Assembly: GCA_003529305.1 (NCBI GenBank)
Contig: DPWC01000189.1
Location: 1-24,557 of the forward strand
Direction of reading: 5' to 3'
DNA from: Actinomycetota bacterium
Lineage (GTDB): Bacteria; Actinomycetota; Actinomycetes; UBA12327
Length of the DNA stretch: 24,557 bases
The position numbers and the translations under genes are program-made. The notes under the pieces are model-generated. The model searched no databases. It saw nothing but the letters and a program-made list of their open reading frames with translations, and was not told where the DNA came from. The first letter of the stretch is position 1, and each line of letters begins with the position of its first letter. Shown piece by piece: positions 1 through 8,921 of the stretch.

Positions 1-135
1 ATCGACCTGGGCCTGCAGTACGGCCAACCAGAGCTCACGCTCCATGATGATCTTGCGCTCGGGCGAGAAGAGATTGACCATCTCGGCGGAGGCATACCGC
101 TGCGCCAGCACATTGGGGACGGCGGCGCTGGTCAC
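1..135 (-). CDS. purB: Adenylosuccinate lyase, N-terminal 45 codons (continues beyond the window's left edge)
   Basis: Hand translation from GTG at 135: MTSAAVPNVLAQRYASAEMVNLFSPERKIIMERELWLAVLQAQVD, matching the actinobacterial PurB N-terminus (PNVLA.RYAS.EM...SPE.K...ER.LWLAVL). The GTG overlaps the upstream gene's TGA (GTGA). Not in the ORF track. Confidence 0.9.
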   Translation of the reverse strand, partial: MTSAAVPNVLAQRYASAEMVNLFSPERKIIMERELWLAVLQAQVD

Positions 136-917
136 CCGGTCATTCTCGCAGGTCGCTCCAGGCTCCCCCCGACACGCACCGAAACGACTGAGCCATCGGC
201 CTTAATCACGGTGCTGGCCTGAGCACCGACGCCGCTGAAGCATTCGCGGCCAGCGTCATCGCTACTGACGACGAGGCCGGATTCCTCCGGCAGACCCAAG
301 ACCCAGGTGTCGGGATTGAGGTTGGGTGTGGGCCCGAGGCGACTGATGGCGCCGGGGTGGAAGTGCGGCAGCACCAGTGCGTGAGGGACGAGGCCGAGGC
401 CGGCAGAGATCAAGCCAGAATCTGGCAGCCACAGTGACGAGCACAGCACCATGGCACCAGCACTGGCCCCCATGATTGGCCGACCGGAATTCAGGTGCTC
501 GTGAAGGACTTCGGCGACGCCGGTGTTCTGAAGAGCATTCAGTAGTCGAGACGGCGAACCACCCGGCAACACGATGGCGCTAGCCGAGCGCAGCATCGTC
601 ACGGCTCCGACTGGATCCCGACGAGCGTCGGGCGCAGCGACAACATCCACGAGGTGACGGCCCGACAGTGCTGGATGGGCACCGAGCAGGTCACGGAAGT
701 GCCGAACCCCGTTGGCATTGGCCGTGTCATATTCCCGACCCGGCGCCCCCGCCAACGCGGTGATTACAACAGGACCACCGTGACCGGTGGTAACGGCCTT
801 GGTCACAAACTGCGCGTCCATGTCGCGACACTGTGCGCCGAATTCGGCACCACCTTGCAGCAGCACCGTCCCGCGACCGGACCGGTCGAGACCAGAACCA
901 ACCAACGAACCAGTCAC
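132..917 (-). CDS. Peptidase S51 / cyanophycinase-like (class I glutamine amidotransferase-like) hydrolase
   Basis: 261 aa. Motifs LPGGSPSRL, nucleophile elbow GASAGAM, VLPHF and GLPEES. ATGA overlap with the purD stop and GTGA overlap with the purB start. Confidence 0.75.
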   Translation of the reverse strand: MTGSLVGSGLDRSGRGTVLLQGGAEFGAQCRDMDAQFVTKAVTTGHGGPVVITALAGAPGREYDTANANGVRHFRDLLGAHPALSGRHLVDVVAAPDARRDPVGAVTMLRSASAIVLPGGSPSRLLNALQNTGVAEVLHEHLNSGRPIMGASAGAMVLCSSLWLPDSGLISAGLGLVPHALVLPHFHPGAISRLGPTPNLNPDTWVLGLPEESGLVVSSDDAGRECFSGVGAQASTVIKADGSVVSVRVGGSLERPARMTG

Positions 918-2164
918 TCGCTCAGGGCCGCGCGCAAGGCGATGTCTGTGCGGTAGTGACCGCCCGCCAGATCAATGCGAGCGATCGCCTCGTAAGCCCG
1001 AGCTCTGGCCTGACTCAAGTTCTCGCCGATGGCCGTCACCGAAAGCACGCGTCCCCCGCTGCTGGTCAGAGTGCCATCGCTTGCTCGGTTGGTGCCGGCG
1101 TGCAGCACGCTGACACCCTCCATGGCTTGGGCATCCTCGATACCAGTGATGACAGTGCCGGTGATGGGCGCGTCGGGATATCCCGCGGCAGCCAAGACAA
1201 CGGTGACGGCAGAGCCCTGACTCCACAACAGAGCGGGGTGCTCGCCCAGTCTTCCGGTAGCAGCGGCCATCAGAAGTTCACCGAACGGTGACTCCAGTCG
1301 GGCTAGTACCGCTTGAGTTTCAGGATCACCGAATCGAGCATTGAACTCGACCACGCGAAGTCCTTGTGAGGTCAATGCCAGACCGACATAGAGCAAGCCG
1401 GTGAAGGCGGTGTCGCGCCGCCGCAGCTCCGCCAAAGTGGGGTGCACGACCGATGTGAGAACTTCATCGACAAGACCGGCGGGAGCCCACGGCAGTGGTG
1501 TGTAGGCACCCATGCCGCCGGTATTGGGCCCCTCATCACCATCGTTGATTCGTTTGAAGTCCTGCGCAGGACTAAGAGCCAAGGCGCTGTCGCCGTCGGT
1601 GAGCACGAAAAGCGACACCTCGGGGCCGTCCAAGTACTCCTCGATCACCACCCGCTCACATGCCGCGGCGTGGGCGAGCGCCTCATCGCGATCGGAAGTG
1701 ACGACAACACCTTTGCCGGCGGCCAGCCCATCGTCTTTGACCACATAGGGGGCACCGAAGTCGTCGAGAGCGGTTGCTGCCTCGGCCGCTGTGGTGCACA
1801 CAGCTGAGCGAGCCGTGGGAACTCCGGCAGCAGCCATCACTTCCTTGGCGAACGCTTTGCTGCCTTCTAGGACCGCGGCTTTGGCACTCGGGCCGAAGCA
1901 GGCAATGCCAGCCGAACGCACGGCGTCGGCAACCCCCGCAACAAGCGGTGCTTCAGGGCCAATCACCACGAGATCTACGCCAAGGGAGGTAGCAAGGGCT
2001 GCTACTTGGTCAGGATCCGTGGCCACAACGGGAAGACAAGTCGCGACATCGTCTGTTCCACCATTACCTGGTGCGCAGAACAGATCGGTGACTGCAGGAT
2101 CATCCGCAAGAGCACGCACAATGGCGTGTTCGCGTCCCCCACTGCCGATGACAAGAACCTTCAT
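914..2164 (-). CDS. purD: Phosphoribosylamine-glycine ligase
   Basis: MKVLVIGSGGREHA, APGNGG, GPEAPLV, EGSKAFAK, KDDGLAAGKGV, GPNTGGMGAY, EFNARFGDPETQ, GGRVL. Confidence 0.98.
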   Translation of the reverse strand: MKVLVIGSGGREHAIVRALADDPAVTDLFCAPGNGGTDDVATCLPVVATDPDQVAALATSLGVDLVVIGPEAPLVAGVADAVRSAGIACFGPSAKAAVLEGSKAFAKEVMAAAGVPTARSAVCTTAAEAATALDDFGAPYVVKDDGLAAGKGVVVTSDRDEALAHAAACERVVIEEYLDGPEVSLFVLTDGDSALALSPAQDFKRINDGDEGPNTGGMGAYTPLPWAPAGLVDEVLTSVVHPTLAELRRRDTAFTGLLYVGLALTSQGLRVVEFNARFGDPETQAVLARLESPFGELLMAAATGRLGEHPALLWSQGSAVTVVLAAAGYPDAPITGTVITGIEDAQAMEGVSVLHAGTNRASDGTLTSSGGRVLSVTAIGENLSQARARAYEAIARIDLAGGHYRTDIALRAALSE

Positions 2165-2177
2165 AAGTGTCAGGCTA
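2165..2177 (-). promoter_or_regulatory. Putative leaderless promoter for purD
   Basis: Minus strand reads TAGCCT-GACACTT-ATG: a TANNNT hexamer 7 nt before the start codon, with no SD. Confidence 0.6.
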
Positions 2178-2191
2178 GCGAGCGCGAGGTG

Positions 2192-3499
2192 CTACACACC
2201 TGCTGAGGTTTCCGTGGAGAGGAAGTCTGCGACGGCGATGGTGGCATCGCGGTCCTGCCCGACACCAATAGCAGAGATCGGTGCGCCCGAGACATCCTGA
2301 AGGAAGCGCACATAGGCACGAGCGTTCGCCGGAAGGTCATCCACCTCGCGAGCCGCTGAGATGTCGCTCTGCCAGCCTGGAAGTGTTTCGTAGATCGGGG
2401 TGGCGTGGTGGAAGTCGCTTTGTGAGGCCGGCATCTCTTCGACTCGCTCACCATCAATGTCGTAAGCCACGCACACCGGGATGTTCTCCCAGCTGCTGAG
2501 TACATCGAGTTTGGTGAGGAAGAAGTCTGTGAGGCCGTTGACCCGCACGGCATAGCGAGCGATGACGGCGTCGTACCAGCCGCAGCGTCGATTGCGACCC
2601 GTTGTGGTCCCGCGCTCGCCGCCGATCTCGCGAAGGGCGTCACCGTCGGCATTCAGCAGTTCGGTGGGGAAGGGTCCTGATCCAACCCGAGTGGTGTACG
2701 CCTTCACGATGCCGATGGAGCGCGTGATGCGAGTCGGCCCGATGCCAGAGCCGCTGCACGCGCCGCCGGCTGTGGGGTTGGACGATGTCACGAACGGGTA
2801 GGTGCCGTGATCAACATCAAGCAGCGTGCCTTGGCCGCCTTCGAGAAGAACGACAGCGCCCTCATCGAGCGCTCGGTTGAGCACCAACGATGTGTCGGTG
2901 ACAAACGGCCGGATGGGATCGGCGAAGGCCAGCAGGTGATCAGCGACATCGTTGGCCGACATGGCGCGGCGGTTAAACACCTTGACCAGCTGCTGATTCT
3001 TTCCCTCCAGCGCCCCTTCAACTTTCTGCCGAAGAATCTTCTCGTCGAAGAGGTCTTGCACCCGAATCCCGATTCGAGCAACTTTGTCGGCGTAGGCCGG
3101 GCCAATGCCACGGCCAGTGGTGCCGATCTTGGCTTTGCCTAAGAAGCGTTCGGTGACTTTGTCCAAGGTGACATGGAACGGGGTGATCACATGCGCATTG
3201 CTCGACACCAGCAGTCGTGAGGTGTCTACGCCACGCTCTTGCAACCCGGCGATTTCCTGCAGCATCACCGCAGGATCAATGACGACACCGTTGGCAATGA
3301 CGGGTGTGCAATCGGGCGTGAGGATGCCGGATGGCAGCAGATGCAAGGCGTATTTCTCGTCGCCGACGACAACCGTGTGCCCGGCGTTGTTGCCACCTTG
3401 ATAGCGCACGACATAGTCAACCGAGCTGCCGAGCAGGTCTGTTGCTTTGCCTTTGCCCTCGTCGCCCCATTGGGCGCCAAGCAGCACGATGGCTGGCAT
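2192..3499 (-). CDS. purA: Adenylosuccinate synthetase
   Basis: [87 protein letters not shown]. Confidence 0.99.
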   Translation of the reverse strand: MPAIVLLGAQWGDEGKGKATDLLGSSVDYVVRYQGGNNAGHTVVVGDEKYALHLLPSGILTPDCTPVIANGVVIDPAVMLQEIAGLQERGVDTSRLLVSSNAHVITPFHVTLDKVTERFLGKAKIGTTGRGIGPAYADKVARIGIRVQDLFDEKILRQKVEGALEGKNQQLVKVFNRRAMSANDVADHLLAFADPIRPFVTDTSLVLNRALDEGAVVLLEGGQGTLLDVDHGTYPFVTSSNPTAGGACSGSGIGPTRITRSIGIVKAYTTRVGSGPFPTELLNADGDALREIGGERGTTTGRNRRCGWYDAVIARYAVRVNGLTDFFLTKLDVLSSWENIPVCVAYDIDGERVEEMPASQSDFHHATPIYETLPGWQSDISAAREVDDLPANARAYVRFLQDVSGAPISAIGVGQDRDATIAVADFLSTETSAGV

Positions 3500-3501
3500 T
3501 G

Positions 3502-3514
3502 GAGGGGTCCCCTC
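3502..3514. repeat. 13-bp palindrome GAGGGG-T-CCCCTC, 2 nt upstream of the purA ATG
   Basis: Read directly from the sequence. On the mRNA it includes the only SD-like run (GAGGGG). Confidence 0.6.
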
Positions 3515-3552
3515 GAACGATGGTCGTGGTCACGCTGATGCGCTGACCGACG

Positions 3553-3590
3553 GGAACCGGTGTGGTTCCGGCAAATGGTAGCCGACTACC
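3553..3590 (-). other. Two short hairpins between copZ and purA
   Basis: GGTAG-CCGA-CTACC (3577-3590) abuts the copZ stop, and GGAACC-GGTGT-GGTTCC lies at 3553-3569. There is no clear U-tract, so terminator function is uncertain. Confidence 0.35.
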
Positions 3591-3794
3591 TCAGGCGAGC
3601 TCGTAGCCCGCCTCGTCAACAGCCCGGGCAACAGCCTCGCGATCAACAGGCGCTCCGCTTGTCACTGTCACGGTTCCCGTTTCGAGGTCGACAGCGACCT
3701 CCTGCACTCCAGGCAGCGCGGAGACTTCTTGTGTGACGGCATTGACGCAGTGTTCGCAGGTCATCCCGGTGACGATGTAGTCGACAGTGGGCAT
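3591..3794 (-). CDS. copZ: Heavy-metal-associated (HMA) copper chaperone, CopZ-like
   Basis: 67 aa with GMTCEHC metal-binding motif and C-terminal AVDEAGYEL. SD AAGGAG upstream. Confidence 0.9.
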   Translation of the reverse strand: MPTVDYIVTGMTCEHCVNAVTQEVSALPGVQEVAVDLETGTVTVTSGAPVDREAVARAVDEAGYELA

Positions 3795-3805
3795 ATCCGC
3801 TCCTT

Positions 3806-3890
3806 TGGCAGTAATCGAGGTGGCAGTAATCGAGGTGGCAGTAGTCGAGGTGGCAGTAGTCGAGGTGGCAGTAGTCGAGGTGGCAGTAGT
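3806..3890. repeat. 15-bp tandem repeat TGGCAGTA(A/G)TCGAGG, 5 full copies plus a 10-nt partial copy
   Basis: Units start at 3806, 3821 (A variant) and 3836, 3851, 3866 (G variant); the partial unit spans 3881-3890. There are no spacers. Confidence 0.97.
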
Positions 3891-3904
3891 GGTGTCAGGG
3901 GCTG

Positions 3905-4681
3905 TCAGCCGAAGCGACCAGAGATGTAGTCCTCAGTCGCCTTCTCGGCCGGCTGACTGAAGATGGTCTTGGTCTCGTCCATCTCGATGAGGCGGCCAGG
4001 TTTCCCGGTGCCGGCAATATTGAAGAAGGCTGTTGTGTCCGAGACTCGGGCCGCCTGTTGCATGTTGTGCGTCACGATGACAATCGTGTATTGCTGCTTG
4101 AGTTCGTAGATCAATTCCTCAATAGCCAAGGTAGAGATGGGATCGAGAGCCGAACACGGCTCATCCATCAAGAGCACCTGTGGCTCAATGGCGATCGCTC
4201 GCGCAATGCAGAGGCGTTGCTGCTGCCCGCCGGAGAGCACGCTTCCGGGTCGGTCAAGGCGATCCTTGACTTCCTCCCACAGGTTGGCTCCTCGCAGCGA
4301 CGCCTCTACGACATCATCAAGTTCACTCTTACGAGTACGCCGCTTCAGGCGAATACCTGCCACCACATTGCCGTAGATCGACATCGTGGGAAATGGGTTG
4401 GGCTTCTGAAAGACCATCCCGATGGTGCTGCGCACATTGACTGGATCAACTTCGGGGGCGTAGATGTCTTGGCTATCCAGAAGCACCTTGCCCTCGATGC
4501 GAGCTCCGGGAGTGACCTCGTGCATGCGATTCAAGGTGCGCAAGACGGTGGACTTTCCGCAGCCCGAGGGACCGATGAAGGCGGTGACGGCCTTGGGCTC
4601 AATCGCCAGATTGACACCTTCGACCGCCAGAAATGCCCCGTAATACACATTGAGATGGAGTACATCGATGCGCTTGGCCAT
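3905..4681 (-). CDS. pstB: Phosphate ABC transporter ATP-binding protein
   Basis: Walker [72 protein letters not shown]. Confidence 0.98.
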   Translation of the reverse strand: MAKRIDVLHLNVYYGAFLAVEGVNLAIEPKAVTAFIGPSGCGKSTVLRTLNRMHEVTPGARIEGKVLLDSQDIYAPEVDPVNVRSTIGMVFQKPNPFPTMSIYGNVVAGIRLKRRTRKSELDDVVEASLRGANLWEEVKDRLDRPGSVLSGGQQQRLCIARAIAIEPQVLLMDEPCSALDPISTLAIEELIYELKQQYTIVIVTHNMQQAARVSDTTAFFNIAGTGKPGRLIEMDETKTIFSQPAEKATEDYISGRFG

Positions 4682-4694
4682 GGGCGTAGTTCTC

Positions 4695-5750
4695 CTACTT
4701 CACCCGGGACAGCCGCGCGATACCGCGTGCGCCGATATTGAGGATCATCACAAGAACGATGAGCGTAAGGGCACCAGCCCAAGCCCGATCCACTGAGGCC
4801 GTGGTGCCGCTGCCGATCTGATCCCAGACAAAAGTGGGCAGGGAGGCCTGCGGGCCACTGAAGGGATTGGCGTTGATCGACTGGGTCAGGAAGGTCGTCA
4901 ACAGCAGCGGGGCGGTTTCTCCAGTAACGCGCGCCACGGCCAGCATCGAGCCAGTGATGATGCCCGTCGAGGCCGCTGGCAGAACCACCCGCAGGACGGT
5001 GAGGTACTTGGGCACGCTGAGTGCGTAGGAGGCTTCGCGAAGATCGCGCGGGACGAGTCGAAGCATTTCCTCAGTCGAGCGAACGACAACCGGAATCATC
5101 AAAATGGATAACGCAACTCCGCCGACAAATCCACTGCGTTCTAGACCAACAGTGAGGACCAAGGCGGTGTACACAAAAAGACCGGCCACGATCGATGGAA
5201 TGCCGGTCATGACATCGACGAAGAAAGACACGGTACGAGCCAAGCGACTGCGGTTGCCAAACTCCACGAGGTAGATCGCCGCCAAAATGCCCAGGGGAAT
5301 CCCAATGGCTGCCGCGATTGCCACCTGTTCGATCGTGCCGATCAGAGCGTGCACGATGCCGCCGCCAGGCTTTCGGGGGCTGACATTGCGCATCGTCGAA
5401 GTCAGGAAACTGGGGTCGAGCGCATGGAGTCCGCGCAGCAGAACGGTGAGCAGAATGGAGACCAACGGAATCAACGCCGCCACAAGGGCACCGACAAGCA
5501 ATGTGGTGGCCAACCGATCCACGGCGTAGCGCCGGCCCTCAACCGCTGTACTCACGGCGGTCTGCACGACCATGAAGGTCAACAATGCAGTGACAGCAGT
5601 GCCAGCCGTGCCGCTGATGGGCGTGGTGAGGGCGAACAAACCAGCGATGGCCACCGAGATCGCCGCCACCGCGGCGGTATTCCACCAAGGCAGCCGGCGT
5701 TGGGCCAGGAGGTCGTGGACCTGGCTTCCCGTCGGCGTGAGGGTGGCCAT
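4695..5750 (-). CDS. pstA: Phosphate ABC transporter permease PstA
   Basis: [33 protein letters not shown]. Start placed at ATG 5750, 1 nt after the pstC stop with GGAG upstream; ATG 5774 is the alternative. Confidence 0.95.
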   Translation of the reverse strand: MATLTPTGSQVHDLLAQRRLPWWNTAAVAAISVAIAGLFALTTPISGTAGTAVTALLTFMVVQTAVSTAVEGRRYAVDRLATTLLVGALVAALIPLVSILLTVLLRGLHALDPSFLTSTMRNVSPRKPGGGIVHALIGTIEQVAIAAAIGIPLGILAAIYLVEFGNRSRLARTVSFFVDVMTGIPSIVAGLFVYTALVLTVGLERSGFVGGVALSILMIPVVVRSTEEMLRLVPRDLREASYALSVPKYLTVLRVVLPAASTGIITGSMLAVARVTGETAPLLLTTFLTQSINANPFSGPQASLPTFVWDQIGSGTTASVDRAWAGALTLIVLVMILNIGARGIARLSRVK

Positions 5751-5751
5751 C

Positions 5752-6738
5752 TCAGTTGGCTCCGGAGAACTCACGCCGGCGCTCTACAACGACGCGGGCG
5801 GCCATGTTTACGGCGAAGGTGATGATGTAGAGCACAAGTCCCGAGGCGATCAATGCACCCAGGCCCACGGAACCAGCTTCGTTCCACTTCAAGGCGATGT
5901 TCGCCGCGAAGGTATTTCCGCCAGGTTCAGTCAATTGCCAATTGATGGCGAAGGTGGCCGACAGAATCAATGCCACCGCAATGGTTTCGCCGAGTGCCCG
6001 ACCTAATCCGAGCATGGCGGCACTGACGACACCGGGCCGACTGAAGGGGAAGACGGCCGTGCGCATGGCTTCCCAGCGCGTCGCACCCAAAGCAAGCGCG
6101 GCTTCAAGGTGGCCCTTGGGGACCTGCATGAAGACTTCACGACTAATGGCAGACACCGTGGGCAACACCATGATTGCCAGCACAGTTCCGGCCAGCGCTA
6201 CCGATCGCGTGTAGGAGTCCAAGTCGTTGCGCAGCAGTGGGACGAAGCCCAGATGCTGGTCCAGCCACCGCCACAGCCCTTTGCTGTTGGGCATGAGCAC
6301 TTGCAATCCCCAGAGGCCAAAGATGATCGAGGGCACTGCTGCCAACAGATCAACGATGTACCCAAGTACTGGCGCGATGCGACGGCTCGCGTAGTGCGCG
6401 GTGTACAGGGCAACCCCCACCCCGATCGGTACGGCAACAGCGAGGGCGATCAATGAGCTCAACAAAGTGCCGAAAGCCAAAGCGGCGATACCAAAGCGTG
6501 GCGCTGGATCGTCGGGAAACCACTGCGAGGTGGTCAGGAAGGGCGCCGTGTTCGCTTGCAATGCTGGTAGCGCTTTCCACAACAGGAAGGCGCCGATGGC
6601 AGCCATGATGATCAGCACGGCGATGCCTGATCCGCGGGCAAGACCAGCAAAGTTGCGATCGGCTCGCCGTGTAGTGGTGACCGCCGGTGGGGTCGCTGAA
6701 GGCCCGTCCACGGGACGCTCGATCAAGCTGCTGGGCAC
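5752..6738 (-). CDS. pstC: Phosphate ABC transporter permease PstC
   Basis: DLLAAVPSIIFGLWG, EAALALGATRWE, LGLGRALGETIAV. Start placed at GTG 6738 (GGGAG 9 nt upstream) rather than 6837, which overlaps pstS. Confidence 0.95.
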   Translation of the reverse strand: MPSSLIERPVDGPSATPPAVTTTRRADRNFAGLARGSGIAVLIIMAAIGAFLLWKALPALQANTAPFLTTSQWFPDDPAPRFGIAALAFGTLLSSLIALAVAVPIGVGVALYTAHYASRRIAPVLGYIVDLLAAVPSIIFGLWGLQVLMPNSKGLWRWLDQHLGFVPLLRNDLDSYTRSVALAGTVLAIMVLPTVSAISREVFMQVPKGHLEAALALGATRWEAMRTAVFPFSRPGVVSAAMLGLGRALGETIAVALILSATFAINWQLTEPGGNTFAANIALKWNEAGSVGLGALIASGLVLYIITFAVNMAARVVVERRREFSGAN

Positions 6739-6755
6739 GGGTTGATGCTCCCATC

Positions 6756-6790
6756 GAACAGGCCCCCGCTCGGGGAGCGGGGGCCTGTTC
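6756..6790 (-). other. Perfect 16-bp stem-loop between pstS and pstC
   Basis: GAACAGGCCCCCGCTC-GGG-GAGCGGGGGCCTGTTC; all 16 pairs were checked by hand. No U-run follows on the coding strand. Confidence 0.85.
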
Positions 6791-6805
6791 TGTAACAGGT
6801 GTGAC

Positions 6806-7891
6806 TTATGCGAGAGAAGCCACTGCGGATCGAACATCGGTCAGCAGATCACCGGTGATCGGCACATAGCCGCTGTCGGTGAGTCCGTTTTGTGCAGCAT
6901 CCGATGCGGTGTAGGTGAGGAAGGACTTCGTCAGTGCCAGATCCTTCGACGGCAGGCCCTTCTGGCAGGTGATCTCGTAGGTCACCAGCACGATCGGGTA
7001 GGTGTTGGCCTCTTTGATCGTGTAGTCCAGATTGAGCTTGAGGTCATTGCCGGTGCCCGCCCGGGTGGCCTTGGTGATGGCCGCGGCCGCATTCTGGGAG
7101 GTCGGCTCAACAGCGCCAGCGCCGTTGTCAACCGACGCCACCTTCAGTGCCGCATCCTGAGCAAAGGACAACTCGATGTAACCGATGGCGTTGTCCGTGG
7201 ACTTGATGGCCGCAGCAACACCGTCATTGCCCTTGGCACCCAAGCCTCCAGGTGCCTTCCACTCTTTGGCATTGCCGTAGGTCCACTGCGCAGGAGCGGT
7301 GGCAGCGAGGTACTTCGTGAAGTTGTCCGTCGTTCCTGACCCGTCGCTGCGGTGGAAGGCAGAGATCGAAGCCGACGGCAGGCTGACACCGCTATTGAGT
7401 GCCTTGATCTTGGTGTCATCCCACTTGGTGATGGAGCCGTTGAAGATGCCAGCGATAACAGCGGGGGTCAGCGTCAACGAGTCGACACCGGACACATTGA
7501 AGGCGAGGGTGATCGCACCGCCCACCATGGGAATGTTGATGGCCTTGCCGGTCTTGCACCGCGCGTCAGCCCCCGGGGCGTCCTCGGGCTTGAGTGCGGA
7601 GTCGGAGCCAGCAAAGGCGGTCTGGTTGTTCTTGAAGTCGGTGATGCCTGCGGATGAACCAATGGCTTGGTAATCGATGGTGGCATCGGGGCAGGCGGAC
7701 TGATAGGCGTTGATCCAGTCGGCCATCGCGTTCTTCTGTGCGGTTGAGCCACTGGCCTTGATCGCACCGGTGGTGCAGTTGATGTCACTCTTGGCTGTTG
7801 TGCCACTGCTTCCGCCGCAGGCGCTGAGAGCAAGGCTCAAACCGAGCGCCAAGGCGATGCCGAGTGCTCGCGTGGGTGTCGTGATCCTCAT
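6806..7891 (-). CDS. pstS: Phosphate-binding lipoprotein PstS
   Basis: Signal peptide and lipobox LSAC from ATG 7891 (GAAGGG upstream). Motifs SGSTAQ, FAGSD, RSDGSGTT, GAKGNDGV, IGYIEL, YPIVLVTY. The ORF track's 8179 start is overextended. Confidence 0.96.
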   Translation of the reverse strand: MRITTPTRALGIALALGLSLALSACGGSSGTTAKSDINCTTGAIKASGSTAQKNAMADWINAYQSACPDATIDYQAIGSSAGITDFKNNQTAFAGSDSALKPEDAPGADARCKTGKAINIPMVGGAITLAFNVSGVDSLTLTPAVIAGIFNGSITKWDDTKIKALNSGVSLPSASISAFHRSDGSGTTDNFTKYLAATAPAQWTYGNAKEWKAPGGLGAKGNDGVAAAIKSTDNAIGYIELSFAQDAALKVASVDNGAGAVEPTSQNAAAAITKATRAGTGNDLKLNLDYTIKEANTYPIVLVTYEITCQKGLPSKDLALTKSFLTYTASDAAQNGLTDSGYVPITGDLLTDVRSAVASLA

Positions 7892-7963
7892 CGGAACCCT
7901 TCGGTGAACGGCCGCTGTCAGCAGCCGGATCGTTGGTGGCCGCTGTGCGGCCGATTGATGGAA

Positions 7964-8029
7964 AAGGTAGGCAGAGCGGGTGGCCAGAAGGCAGGAGCAA
8001 GGTGAACGGCAGGTGAACAAACGCTGAGC
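7964..8029 (-). promoter_or_regulatory. pstS promoter with PHO boxes (PhoP-type 11-nt direct repeats)
   Basis: Minus strand: degenerate GCTCAGCGTTT, then GTTCACCTGCC and GTTCACCTTGC (heptamers at 8012-8018 and 8001-8007, 11-nt period), then the candidate -10 TACCTT at 7969-7964. A further GTTCACC lies at 7903-7909. This matches the Streptomyces PhoP direct-repeat unit. Confidence 0.8.
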
Positions 8030-8039
8030 ATCCCGTGCC

Positions 8040-8921
8040 TTAAGGCAGGTGGCGCTCCAGGCTGATCGCCATTTGCGAAGTCGAGTCCACATGGGCAATC
8101 GCGAATTCGCCTTTGTCAAAAGTACCTGTGTCAGTGGACAGCCCAACGGCCTGCAGCAAGGCCGCCATGACATTGCCATGGGAGCACAGGAGCGTGCCGA
8201 CGCCGTGCTCGATGTTGTGGGCGATCAGGCCCGCGACCGTCTCTTGGGCCATTTCGGGGTCGTCATCGAATTCGCTCTCACCGAGGACATCCAGTTCCAT
8301 CAGGGGCTGTCGCACAAACCCGGCGTACGGGCTCACCGTCTGGAGACAGCGCAACCACGGTGAACTCACCACAGCCAACGGTGCGAAGGCGCACGACAGG
8401 GCGTGGGCGAGCGTTTCGGACTGGTGTCCGCCTTCCGGGGTGAGGGGGCGGAGCCGATCGTCCCCGGCAAAAGTTCCGCGAGGTTCGGCCAGTGCATGAC
8501 GCACCATCACCACCGGAACGGTCGTCAGAGTGGCTGCCGCGAACGCCTCGATGATGGGTTGATCGCCCGCGTGCGTCAATTGGTGCCGGGCTTGATCGAC
8601 CGACATCCACTCGAGTGCATCCACCTCGTCATTGGGTTCGAATGCGCCATCGAGGTATTCACCGCACCAGTAATCCACGCGTTTGTTGTCTGCGCCTTGC
8701 CGGTACTCGCGGCGCGGCAGTGGTGGTCCGAGGCGAATGCGACTGCCTGTCTCCTCCCAGACCTCGCGCACCGCAGCCACGATGGTGTGTTCACCGGGAT
8801 CGAGTTTGCCCTTGGGAAAAGTCCAGTCGTTGTAGCGGCCTCGATGAATCAGTGCGACTTCTGGAGCTTTGGGGCTGCCGCGCCAAAGGACGGCACCGGC
8901 GGCCTTGATGGTGTGACTCAT
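8040..8921 (-). CDS. mutT1: NUDIX hydrolase fused to a histidine-phosphatase domain (MutT1-like)
   Basis: NUDIX box PKGKLDPGE...[11 protein letters not shown]-terminal [17 protein letters not shown] and CSHG motifs. ATG 8921 overlaps the ppk1 stop (ATGA). It lies next to ppk1, as in mycobacteria. Confidence 0.85.
   Translation of the reverse strand: MSHTIKAAGAVLWRGSPKAPEVALIHRGRYNDWTFPKGKLDPGEHTIVAAVREVWEETGSRIRLGPPLPRREYRQGADNKRVDYWCGEYLDGAFEPNDEVDALEWMSVDQARHQLTHAGDQPIIEAFAAATLTTVPVVMVRHALAEPRGTFAGDDRLRPLTPEGGHQSETLAHALSCAFAPLAVVSSPWLRCLQTVSPYAGFVRQPLMELDVLGESEFDDDPEMAQETVAGLIAHNIEHGVGTLLCSHGNVMAALLQAVGLSTDTGTFDKGEFAIAHVDSTSQMAISLERHLP

Noticed and set aside
3500-3590. Known purine-related riboswitch upstream of purA
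   Set aside because: No recognisable purine or ZTP aptamer consensus by eye. An Rfam search would be needed to exclude one fully.
3583-3880. CGACTAC/GTAGTCG inverted match flanking copZ as MITE or REP ends
   Set aside because: The match is only 7 bp, with no target-site duplication and no transposase; it is compatible with chance.
3806-3890. Tandem repeat as a CRISPR array
   Set aside because: The 15-bp units are contiguous with no spacers, and there are no cas genes.
3729-3929. Plus-strand ORF containing GGSNR/GGSSR repeats
   Set aside because: It is antisense to copZ and pstB and is a by-product of the repeat period being a multiple of 3.
3795-3935. Repeat as an N-terminal (TS[T/I]TA)n extension of CopZ
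   Set aside because: The frame is open back to a TGA at 3935-3933 but contains no ATG, GTG or TTG. A good SD precedes ATG 3794.
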